Source: Chrysochromulina tobinii (Eukaryota). Taken from it: a DNA stretch of 64,000 bases. Under the pieces are notes generated by a model. The model made no database searches, was not told the DNA's origin, and worked only from the letters and a program-made list of their open reading frames with translations. Position 1 is the stretch's first letter. The number at the start of each line of letters is the position of its first letter. The stretch is taken from contig JWZX01002904.1 of assembly GCA_001275005.1 (NCBI GenBank), positions 1-64,000 on the forward strand. The letters run 5' to 3'. The position numbers were made by a program, and so were the translations under genes. This document shows, piece after piece, positions 42,641 to 53,990 of this stretch.

Positions 42641-43834
42641 ATGCGTCGAGCGCTCGTGCTGCTGCCGGCGGTACCACTCGCAGCGAGCTACGAGGCGCTG
42701 CGTGTCGAGGTCGCGCTCGACGGCACCGCATCACAGACCATCGAACCCGTCTTCTATGGCAGCAGTAGGTCGGGCGCTGCTGCCGCAGGGGACTGCAACG
42801 ATGCCTCATGCTTCGCCAGCATCGTGCGCTCGCGCGCCGACAGCTTCGGCACCGTCGTGCTGGCGATGACAAACGCGGGCTTTGCGAGGCACTGGCACAA
42901 CTTGCGCTGTTCGCTGGAGCGGCTCGATGTCGCGAAGCACGCCATCATCATCGGCACTGATGCGAGCGCATGCCAGGAGGCCCGTGCGCCCTCAGTGCCA
43001 TGCGTCGTCGGGGACGGCCTTTTCTGGGGCGATGGCGTGAGCGCCGCCGCCGCCGCCTCCTCCTCACTCGTGACGCACGCGACGCGCCACGGCACCGCCG
43101 AATACGCGCGGCTCATGCACGTCAAGGCCCGCCCATGCCTCGAGGTGCTGCGGCTCGGCTTTGACGTCCTCTACACGGATAGCGACATGGTCTGGACGCG
43201 CGACCCTCTAGCGGCGCTGCGTGCCGAGCACGGCGCTGCGCTCGCGGCCGGAGAAGTGGACCTGCTCATCCAGTCCGACTATGACGAGTCCAACGAGGCC
43301 CGCTGCTCGGCACATGAGCACTGTGTGCGCTCGAGTTGGTGCGACTTTCACACCGGCAGTTGCGCGGTGGAGGCATGCGGCGGCTTCTTCTTGCTCCGCG
43401 CGGGCGCGGGCGGGCGTACGAGCGCGTTCCTGCACGCGATGTTCGCACGCATGGCCTGGCAGCGCCAGCACGTGGACGAGCGCCTCGGTGAGCAGCCTGC
43501 CCTGAACTACGCTCTCCGGCGCACTGAGGGTCTGAGATTCAGGTTGCTCGAGCGTTCTCGATACCCCAACGGCAACACCTTCTTCGTGCACCGCGTCCAC
43601 CCGCCGACCAAGGGCGCGGGTGGCGGCGTCGTGCTCGTGCATAACAATTGGATCGCCGGCGACGAGCCCAAGGTCGCGCGCTGGAAAGAGCATGGGCTGT
43701 GGCTGTTGGCAGAGCCTGAGCGCCGGCGTGAGCGGCGGCGCGGCGTCGAGGTTGAGGAGAGGACAGAAGGCCCGCCGCGCTGCATCGCCACGGCGCTGCT
43801 GCTGCCGAGCAGCACTGGCAGTAGAGGAGGCTGA
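42641..43834 (+). CDS. Nucleotide-diphospho-sugar transferase (GT77-like)
   Basis: Signal peptide; LMHVKARPCLEVLRLGFDVLYTDSDMVWTRDP; CGGFFLLR; EQPALN; YPNG; VLVHNNWIAGDEPKVARWKEHGLW. Confidence 0.85.
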   Translation: MRRALVLLPAVPLAASYEALRVEVALDGTASQTIEPVFYGSSRSGAAAAGDCNDASCFASIVRSRADSFGTVVLAMTNAGFARHWHNLRCSLERLDVAKHAIIIGTDASACQEARAPSVPCVVGDGLFWGDGVSAAAAASSSLVTHATRHGTAEYARLMHVKARPCLEVLRLGFDVLYTDSDMVWTRDPLAALRAEHGAALAAGEVDLLIQSDYDESNEARCSAHEHCVRSSWCDFHTGSCAVEACGGFFLLRAGAGGRTSAFLHAMFARMAWQRQHVDERLGEQPALNYALRRTEGLRFRLLERSRYPNGNTFFVHRVHPPTKGAGGGVVLVHNNWIAGDEPKVARWKEHGLWLLAEPERRRERRRGVEVEERTEGPPRCIATALLLPSSTGSRGG

Positions 43835-43970
43835 CGCGCGCGCGCGCGCTCGCAGGAGCGGCAGTGCGGGTGGACGGTGGGGGGGGCGCCGACATTTATA
43901 AAGATGAAAAGTTGGCAGGCGATTCGATGATCGGTTTCATTTCAGGACGCGGCAGTCGGCGGTCGGCCCA

Positions 43971-46900
43971 ATGGTGGTGTTCATGGTGGAGACCTCGGCG
44001 CCGCCGGCCGCGGCGGCCGACATTCACGCCGTAGGCAGAAATTTCAAGCCGGCGCACGAAAACGAATACTATGCCAACAAGATGGTCGGTAAGTTCCAAG
44101 GCGGCCCCAGGGCGGCCGAGCTGGCTGGGAGCTCGAGCGGCGCGAGCTTGGACTATGGTGCTGGCGGCAGCGGCGAAGGCAGCGGCGCGGGCGGTTCGGG
44201 CGATGTGGCGGCTGCGCACGGTGCGGCCAATGTGCCTGCCGAGCCTCGCCAGAAGACTGCAGAAGACCGCGAGGCGGAGCTGACCATCAAGAGGGCGGAG
44301 CGCATCCTCAAGGACTACGAGTTCAAGGCGCGCGGTGGGCGAACCCACGAAGCTGAGGAGGCGCTATTTCAGGAGATGCACCAGGTGCTCATGAAGCTGC
44401 TCGGCGAGTTTTCGACCCAGTGCGAGAACCGAGACAAAGCGTTGAACGAGGTGGACGATAGCACGCTAGAGCTCGCGCGATCGTCGTCCCCGGAAGTCAT
44501 GCGTGAGATGCGCGAGCGCGAGCTCGGGCCAGGCCACGAGTACGACGACGACGACGACGACGAGAGCGGGCACGGTCGTGAGCACGGCAAGCTTATCAAG
44601 GAGAAGAGCGGAGCGTCGCTGGGGGACCTGATGGCGACGCAGATCGCGCGGCTGGGCGAGACGCACAGAGAGGGGACGAGCCTGCTGCGAAAGCGGATGG
44701 AGGCGCTCCAGAAACGTGCCGAGGATGCCGAGGATGCGCTCAAGGCCGGCAAGGGCGACCTCATGCGCAACCTCGAGCGCGCACAGGCAGAGGTGGGGGT
44801 GCTCAGTGACGCATTGCGATCCGTTGAGGATGAGGCGAGGCGAATGCGCGAGCGGCAGCGCAAGAGCGAGACCGTGGGCAAGATGCAGGGGCTGCTGCAG
44901 CGCGGCCGGGGCGACCGAGCCGGAGAGCTCACCAAGCTGCTCGAGGAGTCTCGATCCCAGTGCCACGGCCTGGAGGAGGCGTGCCTCGCCATCCAGGAGC
45001 AGGCGGAGGAGCAGCAGACGCGCATGGGCAAGGCGCTGATGGCGGAGATGAGCGCCAAGGAAGAACTGCAGGAGCAGCTCGCGCTCGCGAACGGCGAGTT
45101 GGACGCGCTCAAAGAGCGGAACGCGATCCTCGAAAGAGCGAACATAGACGCCAAAGAAGCTCTGCGGGGAGCCGAGGGGATGCTGGAGAGACTCCATGCG
45201 AGCCATGCGGAGGCAGTGGCTCAGGAGAAGAGGCGGTTGGCCGAGGAGGTGGCTCTCACGGGGCGCATGACGGTCGAGATGAGCCAGAAGCGCAATCTGC
45301 TCAATGAGATGGAGCGGCAGGCGGCTGAGATGACCGAAGCGATGGCGGCCCATAAGGCATCGAACGAGGCGCTACAAAAGAGGTGCGAGGAGGCGGAGGC
45401 CAAGCTCGCAGAGACACGCGCGAAGCTCGTGGCCCTTCAGATGCGCAGCGGCGCCGCGGTGGAGGATCTCAAGCGCACCAAGGAGTCCCTATTAGGCAAC
45501 CTCGGCGGCGCGTCGACCGAGGTGCAGAGGCTCAAGGCGGAGCTCGAGCGCATGCAATCCGAAGGCGAGCGCTCAGCTCTCGAGGTGAAGCTCTTGTCGG
45601 GTGTGGTGCGCGAGGCCGAAGCATCGGCGGACGCGGCCTCGGGCGGCGCCCTCTCGCGGGCCGCGGCGCTCGAGGAGCGTGCACAGGCTGCCGAAGCGAC
45701 CGCAGCAGCGATGGCGGTGCGCGTCGAGGAGCTCGAAGCGGATCTCGTGGAGGCGAGATTCGCTGTGACATGCGCGACCGTCGCGCAGGCCGTGATGACG
45801 AACGCCATGGGCGACGGCGACTACGAGCTCATCAAGACTCATCTGAGGTCCTCCGTCAAGGACGACGAGGTACGCCGTCTCACGGATCAGCTGCGCGAGG
45901 CGCAGGCCGCCAGAGACGCTGCCCTCGCCGCCCTCGGCAGCGACGCAGCCCTCGAGCAGATACGCTCGACAATCGCCATTTCGGTCCTACAGCCCGAGCT
46001 TCAGCTGCTCGAGGGCGCGTACGTGAGCTTACAAGCCGAGTCGGAGGCAAAGCGTGGGGAGCTGACCAACCGCCTCGGCGACCGGCTGGACCAGGCCGAG
46101 AAGATGCGGCTCGAGATGGAAGCACTGCGGGCGAGCCGTGAGGATCTCGAGGCTCAACTCAACGAGTCCGAGAAGCGGCGAAGGGATCTCGCCGATCGGC
46201 TCGCTTCCCGTCTCGACCAGCCGCCATCAGAGAGGGCCGTTGAGACGATCTTGCCGCCGCCAAAGCCGCCCTCGCACGAGGCGGGCTGTCAGACTGACGA
46301 AGTTCGCCCCGCTACGCCGCCGCGACCGGCCGCAGAGCAGGTGCCGCCTGAGGCGCTGCATGAGCTCTCAACCCGGCTGCGGGCAGCGCAGGAGCGGCTG
46401 TCGAGGCACATGAAGCTAGTTGGCCAGCTCAATCGCGCCATCGGGACCAAGACGGGCAGGAAGTCACCTGCAGCCGCCTCGTCCAACGCCAACGCGACGT
46501 CGGATGTGATCGGCGCGCTCGAGGAGTGCGTCAGCGCGATCGAGCAGGAGCTCGGCGGCGCGCACGCCGAGAAGGTGGCCAGCGGGATCGAGGATGCTCG
46601 CGTGCAGCTGCAGAGCTATTCGGTCGGTTTGCGTTCGATCATCCGACGGCTCGGTAGGGCGTACCCTACGAGGGTGTGGGATGACGAAGCGGCACAAGCT
46701 GCGGCGCACTCGACGCCGCCGCCCACGTCGCCCGGAGGCACGCCTGAGCTGCAGCCGCCCTCGTCCGCCTCGGCGGTCATTCGTTTCCTCGAGCCAGTGC
46801 TCGAGAGCGCCAACGCGGCCGATGACGAGCTCGAGGTCAGATTGGCGCAGATCGCGAAGTACGAGGCGGAGCTCAACTCGGCTCTCAAGGACGCCGAGGC

Positions 46901-48623
46901 GCGTGAGGCGCGCATGTCGACGCCCGCTTCCCGAAGGTCCTCGCAACCTGCGACGCGGCCGTGTACGCCCGGCCACGCCGAGGCGATGGCTTCGGCCTAC
47001 GGCTTCGGCGCGTTTGAGAGTCTGGACGGCGTCGCCATCCGTCCGCACGAGCCCATCCAGGAACTGTCTGACGGGCGGGCGCCAACACCGCAAGAAGATA
47101 TGGCGCGCGCCAAGACACCGCAAGAAGCGCCGAGAGGGCGCGGGGTGCGGAATGCATTTGGCGCCCTCATGGCCGCCAACTCCTCCGCCAACGTGTTCCT
47201 CTCCGCGTACGATCCTGCCAAAGCCGCCAAGGCGGCGGAGGCAGCGGCCGAGGCGGCGCGCATTCGCGAGCAGCTCGCTCAAATGAACTCCATCAAGGAG
47301 GCGGCCGCTCAGGCGGCCGCGCCCGCAGCCGACCCTATCAGCGCCAACGCCTCCCGACGCGACGCGACGCTGGCGCTTCGTCAAAGCGAGCAATCGCTCA
47401 TGACTCTGCTCGCGGGCCTGCGCTCAAGCTCCGCCAAGGAACTTTCCCTCAGCGAGAACTCGCGAGATCCGACGCGCCCCGGCACGGCGGCTGACGCCGA
47501 GGCGCTGCGCGAGGAGCGTCGCAGGCGCGAGGAGGCCGAGGCGGGGCGCGACGAGGCGCACACGCGCCGGCTGGAGGCGGAGAAGCGGCGCGATGACTCC
47601 GAGGCGCAGCGCAAGGAGGCAGAGGCCCAGGCGGCGCGTCTGCGCGACGAGTCGGCCCGGCTTCGCGCGCAGCTTGGCGCTCTCGAGACGCGCCTCGCGG
47701 AGCTGTCCCGGTTCCTCGAGGGCTTCGACCCCGACGATGTCAAGCTGCTGCCCGAGCTGCAGGCGCTGCGCGACGAAGCCCTTCGGCTACGCCGTGAGAA
47801 CACCGAGGTGCGCCGCGCCCTCGCGCTCACGACGCCCGGGTTCCACGGTGAGCACCTGCCTTGGTCGCCGCGCCTGTCCGCAAGCACGAGCCCGGTGATC
47901 ACGTACCCACGCCTTCAGCGCCCGGCCACGCAAGGGTCGCAGCGCCCGGGCGCGAGTGAGTGTGGCCTGCCGGCGGCGCCGGCGCCGGCGCCGGGGAGCA
48001 GCGCGACCGCGGGCGCTCAATACGGCGCGTCGGAGCGCAGGGAGGTCGGCTCGCTGCCCGCCAAGACGGTGACGGCACGCGGGATGACGGAGCGCATGCG
48101 GTCAGTTGATGAGAAGAGCCAGCGCAAGTGGGAAGCGAAGCGTGCCCAGCTCGAGCGCGATCGGTCGATGGAGGTAGAAGCGACAATGCGAGCGTTTGCC
48201 GCGGTGCACTATACGGGGGAGGCTCTCGCTCAAATGCACACGCGGCTACACGTGGCGCAGCCGTCGCCGACGGGGCCACGCGCCGATGCCGTCTCGCGCG
48301 ACGCGGCGATCGCGGGAATGGGGGCAGGCGCGCCTTTCCCCGCACCCGACGCGCCGCTCACCTCGCTCAAGCTTCATGAGCTGGGGCGCAATCGCGCGAC
48401 CACACCGGTGGCGCTGCAAACGCAACTGCGCAGCGGCGCCGGCCAGATGAGCCTCTTCGCCGTTGGGATGGTCGGTCCCAGCACGGGCCGTGGCGCCAAG
48501 CCTCTGAGTCCCAAGTCTCCCTACACGCCGCAGCGGCGTGGCGAGCCCTCGGCCGGCATCCGGCCCTCCACCTCGCTGCCCGTGCTCACGATGGTTCCGA
48601 TGGGAGGAGCCGTGAGCTCGTGA
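43971..48623 (+). CDS. Large coiled-coil protein, function unknown
   Basis: 1550-aa ORF with long E/A/R/L-rich heptad stretches. Confidence 0.8.
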   Translation: MVVFMVETSAPPAAAADIHAVGRNFKPAHENEYYANKMVGKFQGGPRAAELAGSSSGASLDYGAGGSGEGSGAGGSGDVAAAHGAANVPAEPRQKTAEDREAELTIKRAERILKDYEFKARGGRTHEAEEALFQEMHQVLMKLLGEFSTQCENRDKALNEVDDSTLELARSSSPEVMREMRERELGPGHEYDDDDDDESGHGREHGKLIKEKSGASLGDLMATQIARLGETHREGTSLLRKRMEALQKRAEDAEDALKAGKGDLMRNLERAQAEVGVLSDALRSVEDEARRMRERQRKSETVGKMQGLLQRGRGDRAGELTKLLEESRSQCHGLEEACLAIQEQAEEQQTRMGKALMAEMSAKEELQEQLALANGELDALKERNAILERANIDAKEALRGAEGMLERLHASHAEAVAQEKRRLAEEVALTGRMTVEMSQKRNLLNEMERQAAEMTEAMAAHKASNEALQKRCEEAEAKLAETRAKLVALQMRSGAAVEDLKRTKESLLGNLGGASTEVQRLKAELERMQSEGERSALEVKLLSGVVREAEASADAASGGALSRAAALEERAQAAEATAAAMAVRVEELEADLVEARFAVTCATVAQAVMTNAMGDGDYELIKTHLRSSVKDDEVRRLTDQLREAQAARDAALAALGSDAALEQIRSTIAISVLQPELQLLEGAYVSLQAESEAKRGELTNRLGDRLDQAEKMRLEMEALRASREDLEAQLNESEKRRRDLADRLASRLDQPPSERAVETILPPPKPPSHEAGCQTDEVRPATPPRPAAEQVPPEALHELSTRLRAAQERLSRHMKLVGQLNRAIGTKTGRKSPAAASSNANATSDVIGALEECVSAIEQELGGAHAEKVASGIEDARVQLQSYSVGLRSIIRRLGRAYPTRVWDDEAAQAAAHSTPPPTSPGGTPELQPPSSASAVIRFLEPVLESANAADDELEVRLAQIAKYEAELNSALKDAEAREARMSTPASRRSSQPATRPCTPGHAEAMASAYGFGAFESLDGVAIRPHEPIQELSDGRAPTPQEDMARAKTPQEAPRGRGVRNAFGALMAANSSANVFLSAYDPAKAAKAAEAAAEAARIREQLAQMNSIKEAAAQAAAPAADPISANASRRDATLALRQSEQSLMTLLAGLRSSSAKELSLSENSRDPTRPGTAADAEALREERRRREEAEAGRDEAHTRRLEAEKRRDDSEAQRKEAEAQAARLRDESARLRAQLGALETRLAELSRFLEGFDPDDVKLLPELQALRDEALRLRRENTEVRRALALTTPGFHGEHLPWSPRLSASTSPVITYPRLQRPATQGSQRPGASECGLPAAPAPAPGSSATAGAQYGASERREVGSLPAKTVTARGMTERMRSVDEKSQRKWEAKRAQLERDRSMEVEATMRAFAAVHYTGEALAQMHTRLHVAQPSPTGPRADAVSRDAAIAGMGAGAPFPAPDAPLTSLKLHELGRNRATTPVALQTQLRSGAGQMSLFAVGMVGPSTGRGAKPLSPKSPYTPQRRGEPSAGIRPSTSLPVLTMVPMGGAVSS

Positions 48624-49175
48624 GAGGAGGACACCCGCACGCCGAGGACCGTAGAGGACTGGTGCAGCGCGTGCACGCTGGTGCACCGTAGTGCGCATGG
48701 CACATGGCGACGCGGATGCGCGCGCCGCGGACACACCGTTGAGCAGAGGGACACGTCGGACGAGAGTACAGAGTTGTACTTTTCTAGGTGACTCTCGGGG
48801 GCGGTTCGGCCCCGGCGCGGGTCGTCTCACCTGTCTAGACTCTATTGTGTACTGTAGGATGCTGGATGGTCTAGTGCGTAGCCAGCGCACCGTGTAGATT
48901 AAGATCTTTGATTGTTTCGGATCGCGCTCGGCCAAGCAGAGATATGACTCGGAAGAGCATTTCGCCGAGGACCCGGTTCGATCGTCAGCACCCGCCCGAC
49001 GCCGTCGCCGACCGTCCATGGCCCATTCACTCGAGAAAGCATTCAGGGAGGCTCTTGGGGCTAGCCGTGCTTCTCCCCGCCCTGCAGCTCCCGCTGCGTG
49101 CCGCGCACCTCTCAGTCCCACGCGAATTGTGTACAGAGTACACGTGACTCTGCTACACACGAGCGCTAGTACCTT

Positions 49176-50042
49176 TCACAGCGCCCCATAAATCCCGGGC
49201 TGCGGCTCAAAGATGAGGAACGAAGCGCGCAGCTCCTCAAGGGCACGCTCGACGCGCTCGCCGTCAATGGGCCCCACGCGCTCCGAGCTCAGCTCCTGCA
49301 GGCGGAGCCACAGTGCGCTCGTGCTCGTGCTCCGCCCGCGGGAGATCGCCTGCAGCACAGCGCTCGTGAGACATTCCGCTTGTTTGGCGGCACGCGCGGA
49401 GGCAACCTCCTGCGCTGCGGCGCGCTCGGCCGCCTCGTGCTCGGCCGCGATGCGTTCTTGTTCCGCCGCCGCCTCCTCCTCCGCCGCCGCCGCCTGCGCC
49501 GCCAGCTGGTCCTCGGCGAGACGGGCGGCCTCAGCCGCTTCAGACGCCACCCGCTCCGCCTCACGCACCTCCGTCTCCCACCGCTCGCGCGCCTCGTCCT
49601 CAGCGCGCAGCCGAGCAACAAGCTCGCAGACCTCATGTTGCAGCACCGAGGCGGGCGTGTGCACCACCATCTCCGCGAATGCTGCGGCCTTACGCTTGTG
49701 CTCACGCCGTTCGGCCGCCTGCGCATCGGCCACGCTGATGTCATGCATCTGCTGGACCACATCGGCTTTGCGCGCCTGGAGCTCCCGGATGCGCTGCCAT
49801 GCGGCTTCGACATGCGTCTTGCAATGGTCGTGCTCCACGCGCAGCTGAGTCTCGGCATGATGCCGGCTGAGGAAGGTGACCAGTGCAGCGGACTTGGCGG
49901 CTTCGAGCGCGCGGATGGTGCGTTCGTTAGCCATCTCAGCAGCCGCCTGCTTCGCGATCGTAGCTTCGAGGTGTCTGATGCGCGCGTGCTGCTCTGCGTT
50001 CTCCGAGGAAATGGTGTCGATCAGCGCCGCGAGCGACGACAT
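49176..50042 (-). CDS. Coiled-coil protein with possible short C-terminal winged-helix-like segment
   Basis: 288-aa ORF; heptads followed by VERALEELRASFLIFEPQPGIYGAL. Confidence 0.65.
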   Translation of the reverse strand: MSSLAALIDTISSENAEQHARIRHLEATIAKQAAAEMANERTIRALEAAKSAALVTFLSRHHAETQLRVEHDHCKTHVEAAWQRIRELQARKADVVQQMHDISVADAQAAERREHKRKAAAFAEMVVHTPASVLQHEVCELVARLRAEDEARERWETEVREAERVASEAAEAARLAEDQLAAQAAAAEEEAAAEQERIAAEHEAAERAAAQEVASARAAKQAECLTSAVLQAISRGRSTSTSALWLRLQELSSERVGPIDGERVERALEELRASFLIFEPQPGIYGAL

Positions 50043-50362
50043 GTGCTTGCTATTTACACAAAAGCGCTCGCCTGAACGGTGGCGGTAAGTTTCGTCGCGG
50101 TCCCACCGCGCTCACCGCGGCGGCGCGCCGCCTTCCCACCCGACAACGGCCCGCTCGCCTGCATAGCGCGATACAAGCACAGCAGTCTTTGAAGATTGAA
50201 GCAACCTAAAGATCACAACCACAAGCCAACACCCCGCTAACATCGCTAATCTAGCCGAGAGAGGAAGATATGTGAGACGTGTGGTAGCGCCCCCTGTCAC
50301 TGCTCTGCTCACACGGTACAACGTGCGGACGCGGGACGCGGGGATCTCGTGCATGATCTCGG

Positions 50363-51896
50363 TCACCAGATGGTGGGAGTATTCTTCCCACCGCCGCTGC
50401 CAACTCGGCGCGAATCGCCGAGCGCGAGCTGCAGCCGTCGACTGTGCTGCTGGCGCGCGCTGCGCAGCTCATGCGAGAGCTGGCTCGCGCGGCTGTGTGC
50501 GCTGCGGAGCTCGTCCGCGAAGCCGCTTGAGGCCACGTCCCAGCGCAACGCAGCGCTATGAGTCCAGTTGCGATGGTGGGAACGGTCATAGTGTGAATGG
50601 AGCGAGGGCGAGAGCATCGGCGGCTCCAGCGAGACCTCTCCACGTGGCAGCTGTGAAAAGGTCAGCGAGACCTCTCCTGCAGTAGCGCTCAGCTGCTCGC
50701 CGAGCCGCTTGGCGTGTGCTGGCTGGCGCGGCATGAGCGCGCCGTGTGAGCCGCCCTCACTCCGCGGCACCTGCCGTGCATGCATGCGCTCCTCACGGTG
50801 CTTAACGAGTGGCTTGTGCCGGTGCGCGAGCTCGTTCGCCCATCGCATCCACTTCCGCTGTGCGCCTGCCCACACACGCCAGTGCAGCATGGCGCGCTCG
50901 AGCGCGTGGATCACACCACGGAGCGCGGCCGAGCGAGCGCGCTCGAGGCCCAGCGTCCACTGCGACCAGATCGCAAGGCTTTCTCGCAGCCATCGCCCGA
51001 GCCCGACAAGAGGCGGTGATCGGTACGCCCGGCGCCTCGCCGCTGCCGCGGCCCAGCGACGCAAAGGCGGGACCAGCAGCTTTTGGCGCGCTGCCAAGAG
51101 CGCCGTCGCTCGCCGCCCAGAGAGCGAGCGCGAGCCTCAGCTGCAACACTGAGCGCTCGATGCCACGGCGCAGCCCACGCTCATGCTGCATGCCAGCACG
51201 CAGGGCGATGAGGGTCGAGCGGATCCACATCTGGAGCGCATGCCACAGCAAGCTTGCTGTGCGCCAGCGCCCAAAGCACGAGCACAGCCTCGCATCGAGC
51301 TCCTTCGCCGCGTGCACTGAGGCGGCGACATCATCGCTCACAGCGCATCGCCATCGACTGAGCGTGAAGCACCAAGTGTAGAAGCCGCCCGCGAGCAAGT
51401 GGAGCCGCACGGTGATCTTGGCTTGCTCCTCCCACAGCAGCTGCGCTGCCAGCTCGTGCGACTGTGTCGCCACAGCATAGTGCAGCGCCTCGTCCTTGTA
51501 CTTGGCCCACACATCTTCTGGCCTCGCCGATGGCATGGCGATGGCCTCAACATGCTCCGGGCCGCTGCCACCGCCGAGAGCGCTGGGGAGCGCTGGGGTG
51601 TCGAGAGCGCTGAGAAGGCTGCCGAGAACGCTACTCTCGAGTTGTATCTTCGCCTGATAGAGCCATGCCGGTGTCTCCGGGGGGACAGGGCTATGCGGGG
51701 CGCTGGGGATGGCGATTGTGCAGGCATTCCTCTGAGTGTGCACGTTTGCTAGAGACGGTGCACCAGCGACGAAGGGTACTGGCGACCCGCTCCTGGCGGA
51801 TGGCTTCTGGTTGCCAGCGCTGGCAAATGGCGAGACCTTGTCAAGCGGCGCGTCTGGTAAAGGCGACACGAGGCTCGTGAAGCCGCGTGTCACCAT
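50363..51896 (-). CDS. Hypothetical helical protein with periodic Trp (Sfi1-like); apparent frameshift near 51110
   Basis: Overlapping ORFs 50802-51923 and 50363-51097 share a periodic RW/LW pattern (LSRWR, FGRWR, LQMW, LRRWA, LHWRVW) that continues across a frame change. Confidence 0.45.
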
Positions 51897-52069
51897 CAAT
51901 TCACGAAAAATCGGAACGTTCAAAAAAAAGATTCCGCGAGATTGGGAGCGTCCGTGTCCTACATGTACTGAACGAGCGTACGCCCAAGAAGGGTATGGAT
52001 GGTTTCAACAAGGTACGATTTCATGACCTTTCTTCGGTTTGACTTTTGTCATTCACGCCCTTTTCTCCG

Positions 52070-53470
52070 ATGCGATGCATCACTGTTGTGTGCCCGTGGG
52101 TCCTGCTCGTCGCAGGGTGTGACGCGCTGCGAGCCGGAATAGCGTACAAGAGCAGCACGGCTGCACGCACCTGCATCCCGAAGGCGGCCGCGCGCGGTAC
52201 TCAAAAGGACCTGCCAAAGTCTCCCGCTAAAGGGAGGCCTAGCACGAGGAGACCTCCAGGCACAGGCTTTCGTCTTGACTGGGCGCCTTTTGACAGCGAG
52301 GCGCAGCTCGAGGCGGCACGCCGGAATAAGGCCGTGCAAGCCATCGAGGCGAGCGAGGCGCCCATCTTCGCAGCATGCGGCGTCGCCTGGGTTGGGCTCG
52401 GAGTGGCTGCACTCGCAGGAGGGCCGGCGAGCTCGTTTCTGGAGCTCGCGTTCGGATTTTCGACCTCGTCGCTCGAAGAGAGATTACGCAACCCTGCCGA
52501 TGGCTTTCTCGAACTCACAGGGCCGCTCTTCGTCCTCGAAGGGGCCATCTTGCTCGCTCTCTCGCGCCGCGCCAGAGCTGGCAATGAGTCCTCGCGCAGC
52601 CCTGGACGCCCATCCTCGACCCCCTGGGCACCGAGCTCGCAGAGCTCCTCGGACCTGGCCGCCAGGGGCCAGCTGGCTATCTCCTCGGACGACACGGCGC
52701 GCCTCGGTACCGCGCTCCTTCTCACGTCATTGAGCACGCTGGGCGCGTTGGCAGTGACACTCATCAGCGGTGGAGCCTCCGTCGTGGCGCTACCACCTGT
52801 CGCCGCTGTCGTGGCGCTGGTCGTGGCGACGGCGTTTCTCGGAGACGGCTTGATCGGCGCAGTGGACGAGGCGAATCCTCTCACTCCCTCGGACGTCTTG
52901 GCGCTTTGCGCGCGCGATGCACGCGCGCTACTAGTCGGCGGCAACGTCGAGGGTGGCAGCGTCGAGGGTGGCAAGATCAACATGCTCTCGCTCGTTTACC
53001 GTAGCAGCGCGCTGCTTGGAATCTTGGTCGGGGCTTCTTTTGCACTGTCGCCAATCGATCCGATCGGCATCTTCGACGAAGAGGGCGCAGTGTCGACCCT
53101 GATGCGCCAGATTTGCGGCGTCTACCTTGCCTTCGTGCTCGCGCCCATCGAGACGATTCTTTACCACGCGGTCCAAAGGGGTGCGCTGAGCGAGCCCCCA
53201 GTGCGTGCGCTGAATGCGGTGGTGGGCTTCAGCGACCTTCTCCTCATCGTCGATGGCCGGGTGCAGGTCGACTCGAGCACTGCGCGATTCACAGCCCTGC
53301 AACAAGACGAGCCGAGCTCGTCGCTTCTGGCCCTCGTCGGCGCGACCGGCGACGTGGCGCGCTCCGAGACAAATACCAACGCCGCGTTCGCCGTGGGGCT
53401 GGGCGTGGCTCTGCTCTACCTCTGGCAGGCGCTGTTTGCCTCGTCAGAAAGTGACACGTCCAGGACGTGA
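52070..53470 (+). CDS. Multi-pass membrane protein, probably plastid-targeted, unknown function
   Basis: Signal peptide plus basic transit-like segment; about 8 hydrophobic helices. Confidence 0.65.
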   Translation: MRCITVVCPWVLLVAGCDALRAGIAYKSSTAARTCIPKAAARGTQKDLPKSPAKGRPSTRRPPGTGFRLDWAPFDSEAQLEAARRNKAVQAIEASEAPIFAACGVAWVGLGVAALAGGPASSFLELAFGFSTSSLEERLRNPADGFLELTGPLFVLEGAILLALSRRARAGNESSRSPGRPSSTPWAPSSQSSSDLAARGQLAISSDDTARLGTALLLTSLSTLGALAVTLISGGASVVALPPVAAVVALVVATAFLGDGLIGAVDEANPLTPSDVLALCARDARALLVGGNVEGGSVEGGKINMLSLVYRSSALLGILVGASFALSPIDPIGIFDEEGAVSTLMRQICGVYLAFVLAPIETILYHAVQRGALSEPPVRALNAVVGFSDLLLIVDGRVQVDSSTARFTALQQDEPSSSLLALVGATGDVARSETNTNAAFAVGLGVALLYLWQALFASSESDTSRT

Positions 53471-53990
53471 GCTGTTGGAAGCACTCGCTTTGCATTGTGG
53501 TTGCGCAGGATAACCTGAAACGGGGATCGGGGTCAGGAAGTTCTTCTATCCCAGGGCTTGGAAGTTCTTCTACCCCAGGGCTTTTCGACTTCGCACAGCT
53601 CTCGACGGCTTGCCAATATCCTTGGTAGGAATCCGAGCCCACAAGGTCGGCTGGCCTTCATAACGAGACTAGAGCCATGTGCTACGCTCCCGACAATCTT
53701 CAGTACATGCTCCTCAGCATGCTGCCAATTCTCTATGATCCATATAGATAGGAATCTTAGATACTACGGCAAGTGGATGGTACATGTATTGGTAATCGTA
53801 GAAGAAACCTACGCTAGAATAATCAAACGACCCAAGGTACCAGCCACAGACCACGTCCATCCCAGGAGACTCGAGATCGCCGCAAGTCGTGTGCTGCAGA
53901 GCTGTGTCCGTGCGCTTGATGATGATGTGTGCGCTCACGTGTGTCAGTGCATCACCGCGCACAGGGGAGCTGTAGGGTCGCACAGCCGCT

